A stretch of DNA of 64,000 bases from a phage. Under the pieces are notes generated by a model that searched no databases, was not told where the DNA came from, and saw nothing but the letters and a program-made list of their open reading frames with translations. The position numbers and the translations under genes are program-made. The stretch lies in the sequence record PZ445554.1; one strand, 5' to 3'. Below are positions 8,597 through 18,266 of this stretch, piece after piece (the first letter of the stretch is position 1; each line of letters opens with the position of its first letter).

Positions 8597-10413
8597 TACT
8601 GACTCATCCATTCTTTACGAAGGTCAGCATTATCTCCCATGAGCATTTCAAAAAGCTCTTTCCAGTTCTCAGGAAGTTTAACAACATCATATACTGGATT
8701 TTGAATCATCTCACGATATTCAGATTTTTCCAAAGAGCCAAGTCCTTTAATATAACGGATGCTATGTTTAGGTAGAGCATCTTTGGCACTCTCATATTCA
8801 GCGACTGTATAAAACCATTCTTGTTTTTTACCGACCTGAGCGATGATTACAGGAGTTTTGACAAAGCGAATTCGTCCTTGCTCAAACAATTCTGGCCAAT
8901 TACTAAAAAATCCAAGCAGAGAAGGATAAATGCTTCCTAGACCATCATGGTCAGCATCAGTCATAATAGCGATATTGTGATAATTCAAGTTTTCAGCTTT
9001 TTCACCGAGAACTAATCCAGTGATTGCGCAAATATCAAATAGTTCTTTGTTTTTAAGCATATCTGCATAAGACATACCCCAACTGTTGAGAACTTTACCG
9101 CGCAATGGATAACCACCGTGAAGTTCTTTATCACGAACATCAATAAGATATCCGATAGCCGAATCACCCTCAGTTAAAAATAATGTAGTATCAGCATCTT
9201 TACCACAAAGATTCGCTTTGATATGTTTATGAACCTTAGCTTTAGAAGCCTTTTTAGCTGCTTTAGTTTCTGCTGCTTTTTCTGCCGCCAATTTACGAGC
9301 CAAAGCAGCTTCAATAATCGGCATTAGAATTGCTTCATTATTCAAAATAGCACGTGAAATCTTTTTAGCGTCAAGTTGAATATGACTACGAATTTCGCCA
9401 AATGGAGAAGTCAAACGCTCTTTAGTTTGAGAATCAAATCGCATGTTTTTCATATCACGAACAAACATAACGATAGTCAAACATTCTTTGACACGCGCTT
9501 TAGTCACATCAATTTTGAACTTACGTTTGATTTGTGGAATAAGGTCTTCACAAATATCATCCATAACACAGTCAATGTGATGGCCACCATTCTTAGTATG
9601 AATGTTATTGACGTATGTTAATTGACGAAAACCATCCGGTGAACGACCAACCGCAATAGAACAATTTTCTTGTTCTTGAACGATAGCATGTTCATCATAC
9701 TGTCGTGCATATTTCTTAAAATTGCCCTGAACCTTTTTACCATTAAAGGTAAATTGAATATCAGGATAAACTACCGCAAGTGTCTGGAGACGATCTAGTG
9801 TAATGTCAAGATAAACTTGGGACAGCTCATTAGTTTCAAATGACATAAAATCAGGAATGAAAGTAACACGAGTTCCTTTCCATTTTCCAGGAATATCTTC
9901 CCATGATTTATTTTCCATGCCGTTTGAACAACGAACTACAATATTATTTTGACCGTCACCAGTTTCACCGACAAACATCGCAGAAAAAATGTTTGTCAAA
10001 CTAGAACCAACGCCATTCATACCGCCAGTGACGCGTTCTTTATCATCACCAAAGTTACCACCTGCTTTTGGAATAGTCCATGCAGCAACTGGACCAGGAA
10101 TTTCTTCACCGGTAGGTGTTTTAACCATCGCTTGTGGAATACCGCGACCGTTATCTTCAACTGTTACCTGATTATTTTTAATGGTAACATTAATTTTATT
10201 TGCGAATTTAAACTTAGTACGAATACCTTCATCTACTGAGTTATCGATAATTTCATCAATAAGCTTAACAAGACCAGGTACATACTGAACACTTTCCCAT
10301 TTACCAAACAGAAAGCGCTCATGCATTTCATTAGCAGAAGAGCCAATGTACATGCCACTACGCTTTTTGATATGTTCAATATCGCTCAGAATTTTAATTT
10401 CATTCTTAATCAT
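8596..10413 (-). CDS. 39: DNA topoisomerase II large subunit gp39, single uninterrupted gene (605 aa)
   Basis: ORF track 606 aa from GTG; ATG one codon in (MIKNEIKILSD); GyrB-type ATPase motifs (EDNGRGIP); C-terminal region that T4 encodes in gene 60 is fused in frame. Confidence 0.9.
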   Translation of the reverse strand: MIKNEIKILSDIEHIKKRSGMYIGSSANEMHERFLFGKWESVQYVPGLVKLIDEIIDNSVDEGIRTKFKFANKINVTIKNNQVTVEDNGRGIPQAMVKTPTGEEIPGPVAAWTIPKAGGNFGDDKERVTGGMNGVGSSLTNIFSAMFVGETGDGQNNIVVRCSNGMENKSWEDIPGKWKGTRVTFIPDFMSFETNELSQVYLDITLDRLQTLAVVYPDIQFTFNGKKVQGNFKKYARQYDEHAIVQEQENCSIAVGRSPDGFRQLTYVNNIHTKNGGHHIDCVMDDICEDLIPQIKRKFKIDVTKARVKECLTIVMFVRDMKNMRFDSQTKERLTSPFGEIRSHIQLDAKKISRAILNNEAILMPIIEAALARKLAAEKAAETKAAKKASKAKVHKHIKANLCGKDADTTLFLTEGDSAIGYLIDVRDKELHGGYPLRGKVLNSWGMSYADMLKNKELFDICAITGLVLGEKAENLNYHNIAIMTDADHDGLGSIYPSLLGFFSNWPELFEQGRIRFVKTPVIIAQVGKKQEWFYTVAEYESAKDALPKHSIRYIKGLGSLEKSEYREMIQNPVYDVVKLPENWKELFEMLMGDNADLRKEWMSQ

Positions 10414-10440
10414 CACTTATCCTCGTTTGGTTTCGGGAAT

Positions 10441-10466
10441 ATTATACTCCGGTAATCATAAAGCTA
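10441..10466 (-). promoter_or_regulatory. Possible middle promoter for gene 39 (MotA-box-like TAGCTTTA, 12 nt, TATAAT)
   Basis: Minus-strand TTTAGCTTTATGATTACCGGAGTATAAT. Confidence 0.35.
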
Positions 10467-10483
10467 AAGGCCCGAAGGCCTTT
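10466..10483 (-). terminator. UUCG-tetraloop hairpin (AAAGGCC-CGAA-GGCCTTT)
   Basis: Perfect inverted repeat directly after stop of upstream gene. Confidence 0.5.
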
Positions 10484-10743
10484 TATTTAAAACGAATAGT
10501 TGAATCCTTAAAGAACAGCCCAGAACATACTGTTCCTTCTACTTTCTGCCCAGTAGGTCCAATAGCACGAAATCCAGTATGTTGGAAATCATTTTCAGAA
10601 CAACCAAACCAATTATATCCAGTGATTTCAATATTAGTAAAACCACTTGAAGATAAAACTTTGGTTGCATTATCAGCATCAGTACATCCTGCTAAAGACA
10701 CTGCTAATACTAATGCCGCGATAGAACGATTAATATATTTCAT
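10483..10743 (-). CDS. Putative lipoprotein (86 aa)
   Basis: ORF track 10483..10752 (GTG); ATG at 10743; signal peptide with lipobox LAGC (MKYINRSIAALVLAVSLAGCTD). Confidence 0.55.
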   Translation of the reverse strand: MKYINRSIAALVLAVSLAGCTDADNATKVLSSSGFTNIEITGYNWFGCSENDFQHTGFRAIGPTGQKVEGTVCSGLFFKDSTIRFK

Positions 10744-10748
10744 AATTT

Positions 10749-11120
10749 TCACTTAAATTTAATGGCTTGAAGAAGACTAATAATTCTCAAGCGACTTCCT
10801 TCATCTTTAACTGTAAAAGAAAGAGGGTCACCAGATTTCATAGTGATAGTGCATTCAAAAGCAAAACCTTCGGGAACTTCTTCGAAGAAGTCAAATTCTT
10901 CATCATAAATTAGAACATTACTCTGAAAACTGTGAAGAATTTTTCCGTCATTTCCAGATGCTGTACTAATCATTGTAACATTATTACCTTTCATATCTTC
11001 AACGATAAATTCGCTTGTAGATATTACAGCATTAATAGAACCATTCCTATAAATAGCAGAAAATAGATATTTCTTTTCTTCACCTTCGCGAATGCGATAT
11101 TTCTTACCGATTTTAAACAT
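10749..11120 (-). CDS. Hypothetical protein (123 aa)
   Basis: ORF track; ATG at 11118-11120 (rev). Confidence 0.55.
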   Translation of the reverse strand: MFKIGKKYRIREGEEKKYLFSAIYRNGSINAVISTSEFIVEDMKGNNVTMISTASGNDGKILHSFQSNVLIYDEEFDFFEEVPEGFAFECTITMKSGDPLSFTVKDEGSRLRIISLLQAIKFK

Positions 11121-11122
11121 AA

Positions 11123-11299
11123 TTACCCTTTAAGTAAGTCGTAAAATCCGCCATTCACATGCTTAGGGGCAGAGACTAACCGAATAGCAATCCGATGACA
11201 ATCAGGACATACATCAGTATCTCTTTCAGAAATTTTCTTGATTTTTTCGTATTCTTTTGCGCAGTCTTTTGATTGACATTTATAATCATAAAGCGGCAT
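11123..11299 (-). CDS. Small zinc-ribbon protein (58 aa), not in ORF track
   Basis: AAGGAA Shine-Dalgarno then ATG; MPLYDYKCQSKDCAKEYEKIKKISERDTDVCPDCHRIAIRL; CxxC...CxxC spacing. Confidence 0.5.
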   Translation of the reverse strand: MPLYDYKCQSKDCAKEYEKIKKISERDTDVCPDCHRIAIRLVSAPKHVNGGFYDLLKG

Positions 11300-11301
11300 A
11301 A

Positions 11302-11715
11302 TTATTCCTTAAAGTGAGCTTTCAACATCTGATACAAGGACCATGCCTGTTCATCATTTTCAATAGTAACTTTCATTACAGGGAATTTAGATTGATCAGT
11401 TATCGGTGCAGATTCTTCCTGCTCTTCAGCTGCCTGGTATGGATTTTCAACTTCATTAAAGAATTCAGCTTCATTCGATGAAAGCCAAATAAAATCTTCA
11501 TCCAAAATATCTTTACCAGAAGATAGTACTAAATTTCCAGCAAATGACATAATTTTAATAGGACGCCCAAGAGCATCCACATCTAAAATTTTAAAAGGAT
11601 GCATACCTAAACGGCGTGCATAGATTCCGTTATCAGTATGGTCTTTAATAAAATTTTCTTGAGCTTGTTTATTTTTAAATTGATACCATTTATTAACTTC
11701 AAATCTAATAGCCAT
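11302..11715 (-). CDS. Hypothetical protein (137 aa); position corresponds to T4 goF (tentative)
   Basis: ORF track; ATG at 11713-11715 (rev). Confidence 0.6.
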   Translation of the reverse strand: MAIRFEVNKWYQFKNKQAQENFIKDHTDNGIYARRLGMHPFKILDVDALGRPIKIMSFAGNLVLSSGKDILDEDFIWLSSNEAEFFNEVENPYQAAEEQEESAPITDQSKFPVMKVTIENDEQAWSLYQMLKAHFKE

Positions 11716-11933
11716 TAATAAATTTCCTTCCAGTAAGTTGTGCCATCTTCAGTGATTTCACGGAATACACCATAAATTGGTTGTTTATCACCGACTTTCT
11801 CATATACATAAACCGAAGTCAAGTGAGTAAACTTGATAGTGTGTTCCTTTTGAACTACTACCAAATCTGGATCGAATAATACATCTTCAAATTCATCATT
11901 AGTGCAATTCTGAACAATTTTACGTTTCATCAT
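11715..11933 (-). CDS. Hypothetical protein (72 aa); position corresponds to T4 cef (tentative)
   Basis: ORF track; ATG at 11931-11933 (rev). Confidence 0.55.
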   Translation of the reverse strand: MMKRKIVQNCTNDEFEDVLFDPDLVVVQKEHTIKFTHLTSVYVYEKVGDKQPIYGVFREITEDGTTYWKEIY

Positions 11934-12033
11934 AATTTCCTCATTAATTGAACATTGGAGCGATGCGTTTCAGAAGAGTATCAGCGCACCTTTAACGAAT
12001 TATCCATTTTATTCTTCAAGTTGTTTTCTGTAT

Positions 12034-12072
12034 CAGTAGTTGATATTGATATAGTACCATAATCAACTACTG
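12034..12072 (-). repeat. 11 bp inverted repeat (CAGTAGTTGAT ... ATCAACTACTG) flanking a promoter-like TGGTACTATA box
   Basis: Read directly from sequence between motB and upstream ORF. Confidence 0.5.
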
Positions 12073-12104
12073 ATGTATATAGTTTTATGAAAAAATTTTA
12101 AACT

Positions 12105-12596
12105 TTATGCATAGCGAGCTTTGCTGTAGTGTTTAATCCAACTTTCAGGAATGACTTTGTATGTTCCTAAAAATACCGCGTTGTATAACTTAACGCCATC
12201 TTCTACCCATTGATCAGTAATGTATGCACACATAGCGCGAGTACGCTGAGGAAGTGGTTGTCCACCTTCGGTAAATTCAAACTCATAAGGAGCAATGAAC
12301 TTGATAGCTTGACCAAGTTTCCACTTAAAGTCTACACCTACATGCGAAGTATCAATCGTTTCAATTCCTTTAGCAGGAACAGCTTTCAAAAACGCAGGCT
12401 CAAGAAATTTCCATCGAACATAACCAAACTGGGGCTTAGACATTCCATCTTTAGCAATGATACGTACTTTTACTTCAGAATCTTCATCTTTAACACCGTG
12501 TTTAAGCTGAATGCTTACAACTTCGACCAATTTTCCTGCTGCTTTAGAACGGGATTTATCAGATACACGAGCAATTTCACCGATATTAATATTCAT
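12105..12596 (-). CDS. motB: MotB-like protein (163 aa)
   Basis: ORF track; ATG at 12594-12596; length and position match recalled T4 MotB; paralogous C-terminal domain shared with next gene. Confidence 0.55.
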   Translation of the reverse strand: MNINIGEIARVSDKSRSKAAGKLVEVVSIQLKHGVKDEDSEVKVRIIAKDGMSKPQFGYVRWKFLEPAFLKAVPAKGIETIDTSHVGVDFKWKLGQAIKFIAPYEFEFTEGGQPLPQRTRAMCAYITDQWVEDGVKLYNAVFLGTYKVIPESWIKHYSKARYA

Positions 12597-12640
12597 AATT
12601 ATCTCTCACTTGTTAAAAAGATTTTATACTCCACAGGACC

Positions 12641-12670
12641 ATTATACTCTGGTCCCAAGAGTTTGTAAAC
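12641..12670 (-). promoter_or_regulatory. T4-type early promoter (GTTTACA-N18-TATAAT)
   Basis: Minus-strand GTTTACAAACTCTTGGGACCAGAGTATAATGG. Confidence 0.5.
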
Positions 12671-13173
12671 TAGCTTACACGAACATTAATCACTGCGCTA
12701 CGAGGAACTACAGAGTATTCTCCAGCATGAACTACGTTCAGAAGTTCAACGCCATCTTCAATCCACTGGTCAGTTACCCAACCACCGACCGGATTCGCGA
12801 ATGGACGACGAATGTAAACCGCCTTACACAACAAATCAGTCGGGTCTTCAATTTTTTCAACTGGTGCCACATACATAGAAACTAAATCCATATCAATATG
12901 GAATTTTTCCTGTTCTTCTTTTTCAATTTCTGTCAATAGACTAAAATCTTTTTCATAAATAATAAGCGATGACACCATTCCATAATAGTTTCTAATTTCA
13001 ATATACATCATGCCGATAAGAATTCCGCTATTAACACTAATAACAATAAAAGGATATCCGCCAGTTAAAGCAAGAAGTTCACAAAACTTATTATGAGCTG
13101 TATTAGACAGTACCGGAAAATTCTTAATTTCATCAAATTTTTTCAATTGATAAACAGCATTATTTTTAATCAT
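12670..13173 (-). CDS. Hypothetical protein (167 aa), MotB paralog
   Basis: ORF track; C-terminus VTDQWIEDGVELLNVVHAGEYSVVP parallels motB ITDQWVEDGVKLYNAVFLGTYKVIP. Confidence 0.6.
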   Translation of the reverse strand: MIKNNAVYQLKKFDEIKNFPVLSNTAHNKFCELLALTGGYPFIVISVNSGILIGMMYIEIRNYYGMVSSLIIYEKDFSLLTEIEKEEQEKFHIDMDLVSMYVAPVEKIEDPTDLLCKAVYIRRPFANPVGGWVTDQWIEDGVELLNVVHAGEYSVVPRSAVINVRVS

Positions 13174-13183
13174 AATTTTCTCT

Positions 13184-13684
13184 TTAATCTAAGGTAATAA
13201 AGCCTTTTAATTCGGCATGCGATTTGCGGAACATTACTTGATGTCCGCCAATGATAACTTGGTCATCTGGTACTTCGTATACAGCAAGATAAAATCCTTT
13301 CGAAGCTAATTCTTCACGCTCTTCTCGTATGAACCATCTCATCATATCATATTCGCTAGCGAAAGCAAAATGATAAAGAGCTATAAACCATCCTGGAATA
13401 TGATATTCTACTCCAACATAATCTTTCTTGAACTTAGTATTAATTACTATATTAGCGTTTTTAACTAATAGTTTATCTTCGTGTGGTAAAGGAATTCTTT
13501 TATTATTATCGCTATGATGCATAAAATTAGGTCTGTCATAACCTACGTGTAATAGCCACTCTTCGCTCCATGAATCTATTATACTCCTGTACGGCGTTAT
13601 TTGAACACAAAGATTTCGACGTATTGTTATAGCATCTTCATAATTAAGAATACTAAACGATGATTCAACACGATAAATTTTCAT
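13184..13684 (-). CDS. Hypothetical protein (166 aa)
   Basis: ORF track 13184..13723; start moved to ATG at 13684 after GAGGATAA. Confidence 0.55.
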   Translation of the reverse strand: MKIYRVESSFSILNYEDAITIRRNLCVQITPYRSIIDSWSEEWLLHVGYDRPNFMHHSDNNKRIPLPHEDKLLVKNANIVINTKFKKDYVGVEYHIPGWFIALYHFAFASEYDMMRWFIREEREELASKGFYLAVYEVPDDQVIIGGHQVMFRKSHAELKGFITLD

Positions 13685-13709
13685 TTTATTATCCTCAGTA
13701 GCTATGGTG

Positions 13710-13741
13710 TTATAATACCACAACTAACCGAGGAAGTAAAC
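13710..13741 (-). promoter_or_regulatory. T4-type early promoter
   Basis: Minus-strand GTTTACTTCCTCGGTTAGTTGTGGTATTATAAC. Confidence 0.5.
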
Positions 13742-13747
13742 AACTTT

Positions 13748-14431
13748 TTATCGTTTTGTTGGAAGAGATAGAGGATCGCAATCTTCCTCTGATGGAGCAT
13801 CTTCAAGACCCATAGCATATCGCAAAGCGTACTTCATCATCAGGATGTCTTTCGCACAGTCATGAATAGAATCATGTGCAACGAATCCATCTAAAGTTCC
13901 CTTTGGAAGAGGACATGTGGTCATATCACGAACAAGCAGAAGTGCTTCAATTCTGGTACGAATATCACGCTGATTCCAGAATTTACATGGTTCTAACTTA
14001 AATGTGTCAAGCTCATTCTCAGATACACCATTAAGGCGTTGAATATCACGAATGAGATCGACTAAAATTGGAAAATCAAACGACATTCCACGACACCAAC
14101 CTTGAGATTTCCAAGGATCGATATTATGCGCATTGATATAATCATTAAATTTTGCAATACCATCGATGGTGCTTACATCTTCATCTGATGGTGCAATATT
14201 TTTTCGAGCTTCAGGGGATTGATTCTTCCACCATTCGATAGTACTTTTAGTAAAAAGACGATGTCCTTTTTGGCTTTTTAAATCAAATTTGATTTTAATG
14301 CCACGTGAAACTAATTCATCAAATGTTTCAACGACTTCTGGATTAGGGTCAAAAGCAATTACAGCTAAATCAATAACAGCTGCCTTTTCGCCGCTTCCCA
14401 TTGTTTCAAAATCTATAATAAAATCAAACAT
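13748..14431 (-). CDS. dexA: Exonuclease A (DexA), DEDD-type 3-5 exonuclease
   Basis: ORF track 227 aa; N-terminal FDFETMG exonuclease motif; length matches T4 DexA. Confidence 0.85.
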   Translation of the reverse strand: MFDFIIDFETMGSGEKAAVIDLAVIAFDPNPEVVETFDELVSRGIKIKFDLKSQKGHRLFTKSTIEWWKNQSPEARKNIAPSDEDVSTIDGIAKFNDYINAHNIDPWKSQGWCRGMSFDFPILVDLIRDIQRLNGVSENELDTFKLEPCKFWNQRDIRTRIEALLLVRDMTTCPLPKGTLDGFVAHDSIHDCAKDILMMKYALRYAMGLEDAPSEEDCDPLSLPTKR

Positions 14432-14673
14432 TAAATTTTCCTTGCTAAATCGCGAATTTGACCTACAGTATAGTCTTGAATATAAACTTTATTAATAGGC
14501 TCATCAATAAATTTTGCCATAGATTCAATGTCTTTTTGTATCTCTTCAAGACTGTATACTATCTTTGAAGCTTTTTCGCGAATAGTAATATTTTCAGGAC
14601 CCGGATTTTCTTCAATGACAGCTTTAACATTTGTCATAAGAGATTTAAACTGGTACCAACTCAATTCAATCAT
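14431..14673 (-). CDS. Hypothetical small helical protein (80 aa)
   Basis: ORF track; ATG at 14671-14673; stop overlaps dexA start. Confidence 0.55.
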   Translation of the reverse strand: MIELSWYQFKSLMTNVKAVIEENPGPENITIREKASKIVYSLEEIQKDIESMAKFIDEPINKVYIQDYTVGQIRDLARKI

Positions 14674-14911
14674 TAATAATCGCCTTATAAAGATAGCTAA
14701 TTTCGCCTAAAATATAATCATTGATTGTAACAGTTTTCACTTCACCACAAAAGAATTCTAACGCAATTAAATCTCGTTCAATTTCTTCTAATTGAAGCCT
14801 CAACTTACTAGATTCTATTTTTACAGTTTCACGATTTTTGCTATAAGCAATTTCATAAATTTCGCTTACTTTATCTTGAAGAAGATAAAACTGATCTTTA
14901 GTTATTTCCAC
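14666..14911 (-). CDS. Hypothetical small protein (about 81 aa), non-ATG start
   Basis: ORF track 14666..14926 has no ATG; candidate GTG start after GAGGAAG. Confidence 0.4.
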   Translation of the reverse strand: MEITKDQFYLLQDKVSEIYEIAYSKNRETVKIESSKLRLQLEEIERDLIALEFFCGEVKTVTINDYILGEISYLYKAIIND

Positions 14912-15158
14912 GAATAGCTTCCTCAAATTTAATCAGTAATTTACAAACACTTTCATCTAGTGTAATTACCGTATCTGTATTACTGTGATATGATTGTTTT
15001 TCAATTCGTTTAATTGCTAATATAGTATCACTTATAAGATAAAGCTTATGAAGGAGCTCAGCTCCTGTTACCATAACATTAAGATTATCTTGCTTATTAG
15101 TATGCTTCCTTATACCATCTATTAGACGATTTAAATATTTTGAATTGATGTTAATCAT
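14898..15158 (-). CDS. Hypothetical protein (86 aa)
   Basis: ORF track; ATG at 15156-15158. Confidence 0.55.
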   Translation of the reverse strand: MININSKYLNRLIDGIRKHTNKQDNLNVMVTGAELLHKLYLISDTILAIKRIEKQSYHSNTDTVITLDESVCKLLIKFEEAIRGNN

Positions 15159-15164
15159 ATATCC

Positions 15165-16484
15165 TCACACATAAAATACATCATAACGACCACGAGTAAC
15201 ACCAACATAAAGAAGTTGTTGAGCCAATTCAGCATCTGCATAATGAATACAAGGCGTATAAATGAAAGCACGGTCTACAGACATGCCCTGTGCTTTATGG
15301 AATGTTGATGCAGGAAGTGCTTTCACTTTACTAAACTGTGATTTAGCATCCCAAAAATCACTCCATGGAGCTTTTCCGCCTTTGTTCCAATTTTTATAAG
15401 TTTCTGCCGTTTTACCTAAAAATAGGTTAAACTTATACAGTTCTTCATCAGATGAAATTATTTTAATCTTTTCACGATAATATTCATCATCGCCATAAGT
15501 TTCTACTGTTAAATCCCAGTGACGAATTAGATATTCTCCAGGAACACCACGAGCTTTAACAAAGGTTGATGTATACTCTGCTTCTATAATACGAACTAAT
15601 TGTCCGTTGTTAAAAATAATTTCTGACACAGGCTTTCCATCAATTTTATATGTTTTAATTAATGGTTCCTGCATTACAATAATTTCACCGACAATAAAAT
15701 CTTTATCAGTTTCAAAAATCTTTTTACGAATAATGCTATTTAACTTATCAACAGATTTATTCGTAAATGCCATTACGCGATTTTCAAACAAATCATCTAG
15801 AGATTTGACGATTGAAAAATAATTTACCATAAAATCGCGTAAAGCGGTATCACCAGTAAATCCACGTACTCCATGCCCGTCAACAACTTTATCATAAATC
15901 CACTTACCGCTACGAACGTCAGTAGCTACATCAATAATAGGAGCATTACTGCGTTTAACTTCAGTGAGTTCACACTGATAAAAATCTTTATGTGTAAAGA
16001 ATGGACTGATATAAGCAGTATTTTCTCCTGGGTCAACAGGTCTAATTTGCTTATTATCACCTATTCCAATTATAGTACACCACGGCGGGATAGTTGAAAG
16101 CAGAATTTTAAATAGCTTTCTATCATACATTGACACTTCGTCGCAGATTAATACCCTGCATTTAGCTAAATCTGGTACTTCCTTCTGCTCGAAGAGGACA
16201 TTTTCTTCATATGTTACTGGGTTAATTTTAAGAATACTATGAATAGTACTCGCTTCTTTCCCTGATAGTTTTGAAAGAATCTTTTTAGCCGCATGCGTAG
16301 GAGCTGCTAAAATAATACCAGTTTCACCCGTAGATATTAAAGCTTCAATGATGAACTTAGTAAGAGTAGTCTTACCAGTACCGGCAGGTCCATTAATAGT
16401 TACATGGTGTTTCTTTTCTTTAATAGCCTTCATAACAATGTTAAAGGCATTTTTCTGGCCTTCGGTCAAATCATCAAATGTCAT
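15165..16484 (-). CDS. dda: Dda DNA helicase (SF1)
   Basis: ORF track 439 aa; Walker A GPAGTGKTT; length equals T4 Dda. Confidence 0.9.
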   Translation of the reverse strand: MTFDDLTEGQKNAFNIVMKAIKEKKHHVTINGPAGTGKTTLTKFIIEALISTGETGIILAAPTHAAKKILSKLSGKEASTIHSILKINPVTYEENVLFEQKEVPDLAKCRVLICDEVSMYDRKLFKILLSTIPPWCTIIGIGDNKQIRPVDPGENTAYISPFFTHKDFYQCELTEVKRSNAPIIDVATDVRSGKWIYDKVVDGHGVRGFTGDTALRDFMVNYFSIVKSLDDLFENRVMAFTNKSVDKLNSIIRKKIFETDKDFIVGEIIVMQEPLIKTYKIDGKPVSEIIFNNGQLVRIIEAEYTSTFVKARGVPGEYLIRHWDLTVETYGDDEYYREKIKIISSDEELYKFNLFLGKTAETYKNWNKGGKAPWSDFWDAKSQFSKVKALPASTFHKAQGMSVDRAFIYTPCIHYADAELAQQLLYVGVTRGRYDVFYV

Positions 16485-16792
16485 CGTAAATTCCCTGCAA
16501 TTGGTATACTAACAATACGCCCAGTATCTAAAATTCGCTGATATAATCTTTGCGTGTCTACGTCAGGCTTAACATGTTTAACTTCTATTTTATTAAACCA
16601 AAATTTACGTGGAGTCTCAACTAATCTTGGAATTCCCTTACCTAAAGCTAGTCGATACTGCTCTTTAAGAGTAGTAAATACTTTATCAGCAATATTCCAT
16701 TCAAAAAATACAGCAGGACGATGTTCATCAAGTGGAACTGGCGCTGTAAATCCGTCTTTGTCTCGGTAAACTATCGCATATACATAAACCAT
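16481..16792 (-). CDS. Hypothetical protein (103 aa)
   Basis: ORF track; stop overlaps dda ATG. Confidence 0.6.
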   Translation of the reverse strand: MVYVYAIVYRDKDGFTAPVPLDEHRPAVFFEWNIADKVFTTLKEQYRLALGKGIPRLVETPRKFWFNKIEVKHVKPDVDTQRLYQRILDTGRIVSIPIAGNLR

Positions 16793-16793
16793 A

Positions 16794-17540
16794 TTATCCT
16801 CGGATAAGTTTAAAAATTGAACAATTTAGCGGGTATCCTCTTTTCAGTTTAAGTTTATCAATAAAAGACAAGTTTTGATACCGCTCTACACCTTGAATAA
16901 TTTTATCACACATATCATATTGCATTTCTGCTTCTGACAACTTTTTCACAATTTTCCAATCCGAGCCTTTAAGAAGAACGTTCAATTTAACAACTTCAGC
17001 GCCTTCTGCTATACGAGAACCATCAATACGAGCTTTAAGTGCTATAATCCTCAGCTTAATGTCAGAGGTCTGTTTTGATTTAGAAAGCTGAGAAATGTGC
17101 TCAATTCGGTTTTCACGTTTTTTCTGTATAGCTTTAATTTGATTATAAGTCTTTTTGATTTTAGCCCATTTCTTTTCATCTAAATTTAGTTTATGAACTT
17201 TTTTCGCAGATGAACGACCAATTCGCAAAGCAAATAAATCCCGTTTTTCAATCAACTCTTCTAAAGTATAATCAGAACGAAATGTATTATACTTTTTCTT
17301 TACTGCAATAACATTCCCTTTAATGTATCCAACGTTATTATCAAAACGTTCTAATGATAATTTCTCTCCTTCAATACGATTATCAAAAGGTTCTCCCGAG
17401 TAAGCACAAACTTTTTGATCTAAAATGTTCTTAATGTAATTGAAGTCTAAGTTAAAATCTTTAGAACGTCTTTTTGCAGATGCCTGAGTATGCTCTAGAC
17501 GACGTTTAATTTTACGAATTTGGTTATTAGACAGCTTCAT
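16794..17540 (-). CDS. Hypothetical basic protein (248 aa); position corresponds to T4 srd (tentative)
   Basis: ORF track; ATG at 17538-17540; Lys/Arg-rich. Confidence 0.6.
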   Translation of the reverse strand: MKLSNNQIRKIKRRLEHTQASAKRRSKDFNLDFNYIKNILDQKVCAYSGEPFDNRIEGEKLSLERFDNNVGYIKGNVIAVKKKYNTFRSDYTLEELIEKRDLFALRIGRSSAKKVHKLNLDEKKWAKIKKTYNQIKAIQKKRENRIEHISQLSKSKQTSDIKLRIIALKARIDGSRIAEGAEVVKLNVLLKGSDWKIVKKLSEAEMQYDMCDKIIQGVERYQNLSFIDKLKLKRGYPLNCSIFKLIRG

Positions 17541-17574
17541 ATTTTTCTCACATCTTACGGACGGTTAACTACTT

Positions 17575-17606
17575 ATACTATAACATTTTTACCTTAACTT
17601 GTAAAC
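17575..17606 (-). promoter_or_regulatory. T4-type early promoter
   Basis: Minus-strand GTTTACAAGTTAAGGTAAAAATGTTATAGTAT. Confidence 0.5.
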
Positions 17607-17663
17607 AACTTTATGTAAAAATGCTTTAAAACTTTCATGGTATAATGAATCTAAGTCCTTCCA

Positions 17664-18266
17664 TTATAGATTAAATCCTTCAAAATCAAGAGTATAGATA
17701 GTATATGTTGAATACTTTTTGTACTCATATCTATCTGCAATTCTAAATACACTTCCAGCTGGTATCATTACTTCTTGTTCATCTGAAACTAATTCCATAT
17801 TACGATAACGATGACTATCCGGAAACTTAAAGTTTGGATTGTATTCTTTACAGCGTAGAGCTTTTATAGCATACTCCTGAAAATTGAATACCATAGGAGC
17901 TTTGAATTCAAAAATAACTTGTGTGTTATATTCTAAACCAGAAGCAAAATGTAGAGCTATATTTTTATCATATGAAGCTGATACGACTTTATCAAATGTA
18001 ATAATATCAATTCCTTGATTTAATACTTGTTTAGTCTCAGCTGGAACACCTCTCCAAAGAGGTTTATCGTTTGGTTCCAAACGAGATTTGATTATTTCAT
18101 TTAACCAAGTATGGTCATCTGGCTTATTAGTAATACAATGAATTAAAAGTTCAATTTCAGATAAATTAAACCCTTCAGAAAGTAATTCTTCACGAATAGA
18201 AGCACGCACCGATGCATCCATTGATTTTATTTTAAAATCTTTTAGTTGCATTACTGAGTATTTCAT
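17664..18266 (-). CDS. modA: ADP-ribosyltransferase ModA
   Basis: ORF track 200 aa; R (PLWRG), S-x-S (VVSASY) and E-x-E (EQEV) elements; tandem paralog of modB. Confidence 0.8.
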   Translation of the reverse strand: MKYSVMQLKDFKIKSMDASVRASIREELLSEGFNLSEIELLIHCITNKPDDHTWLNEIIKSRLEPNDKPLWRGVPAETKQVLNQGIDIITFDKVVSASYDKNIALHFASGLEYNTQVIFEFKAPMVFNFQEYAIKALRCKEYNPNFKFPDSHRYRNMELVSDEQEVMIPAGSVFRIADRYEYKKYSTYTIYTLDFEGFNL

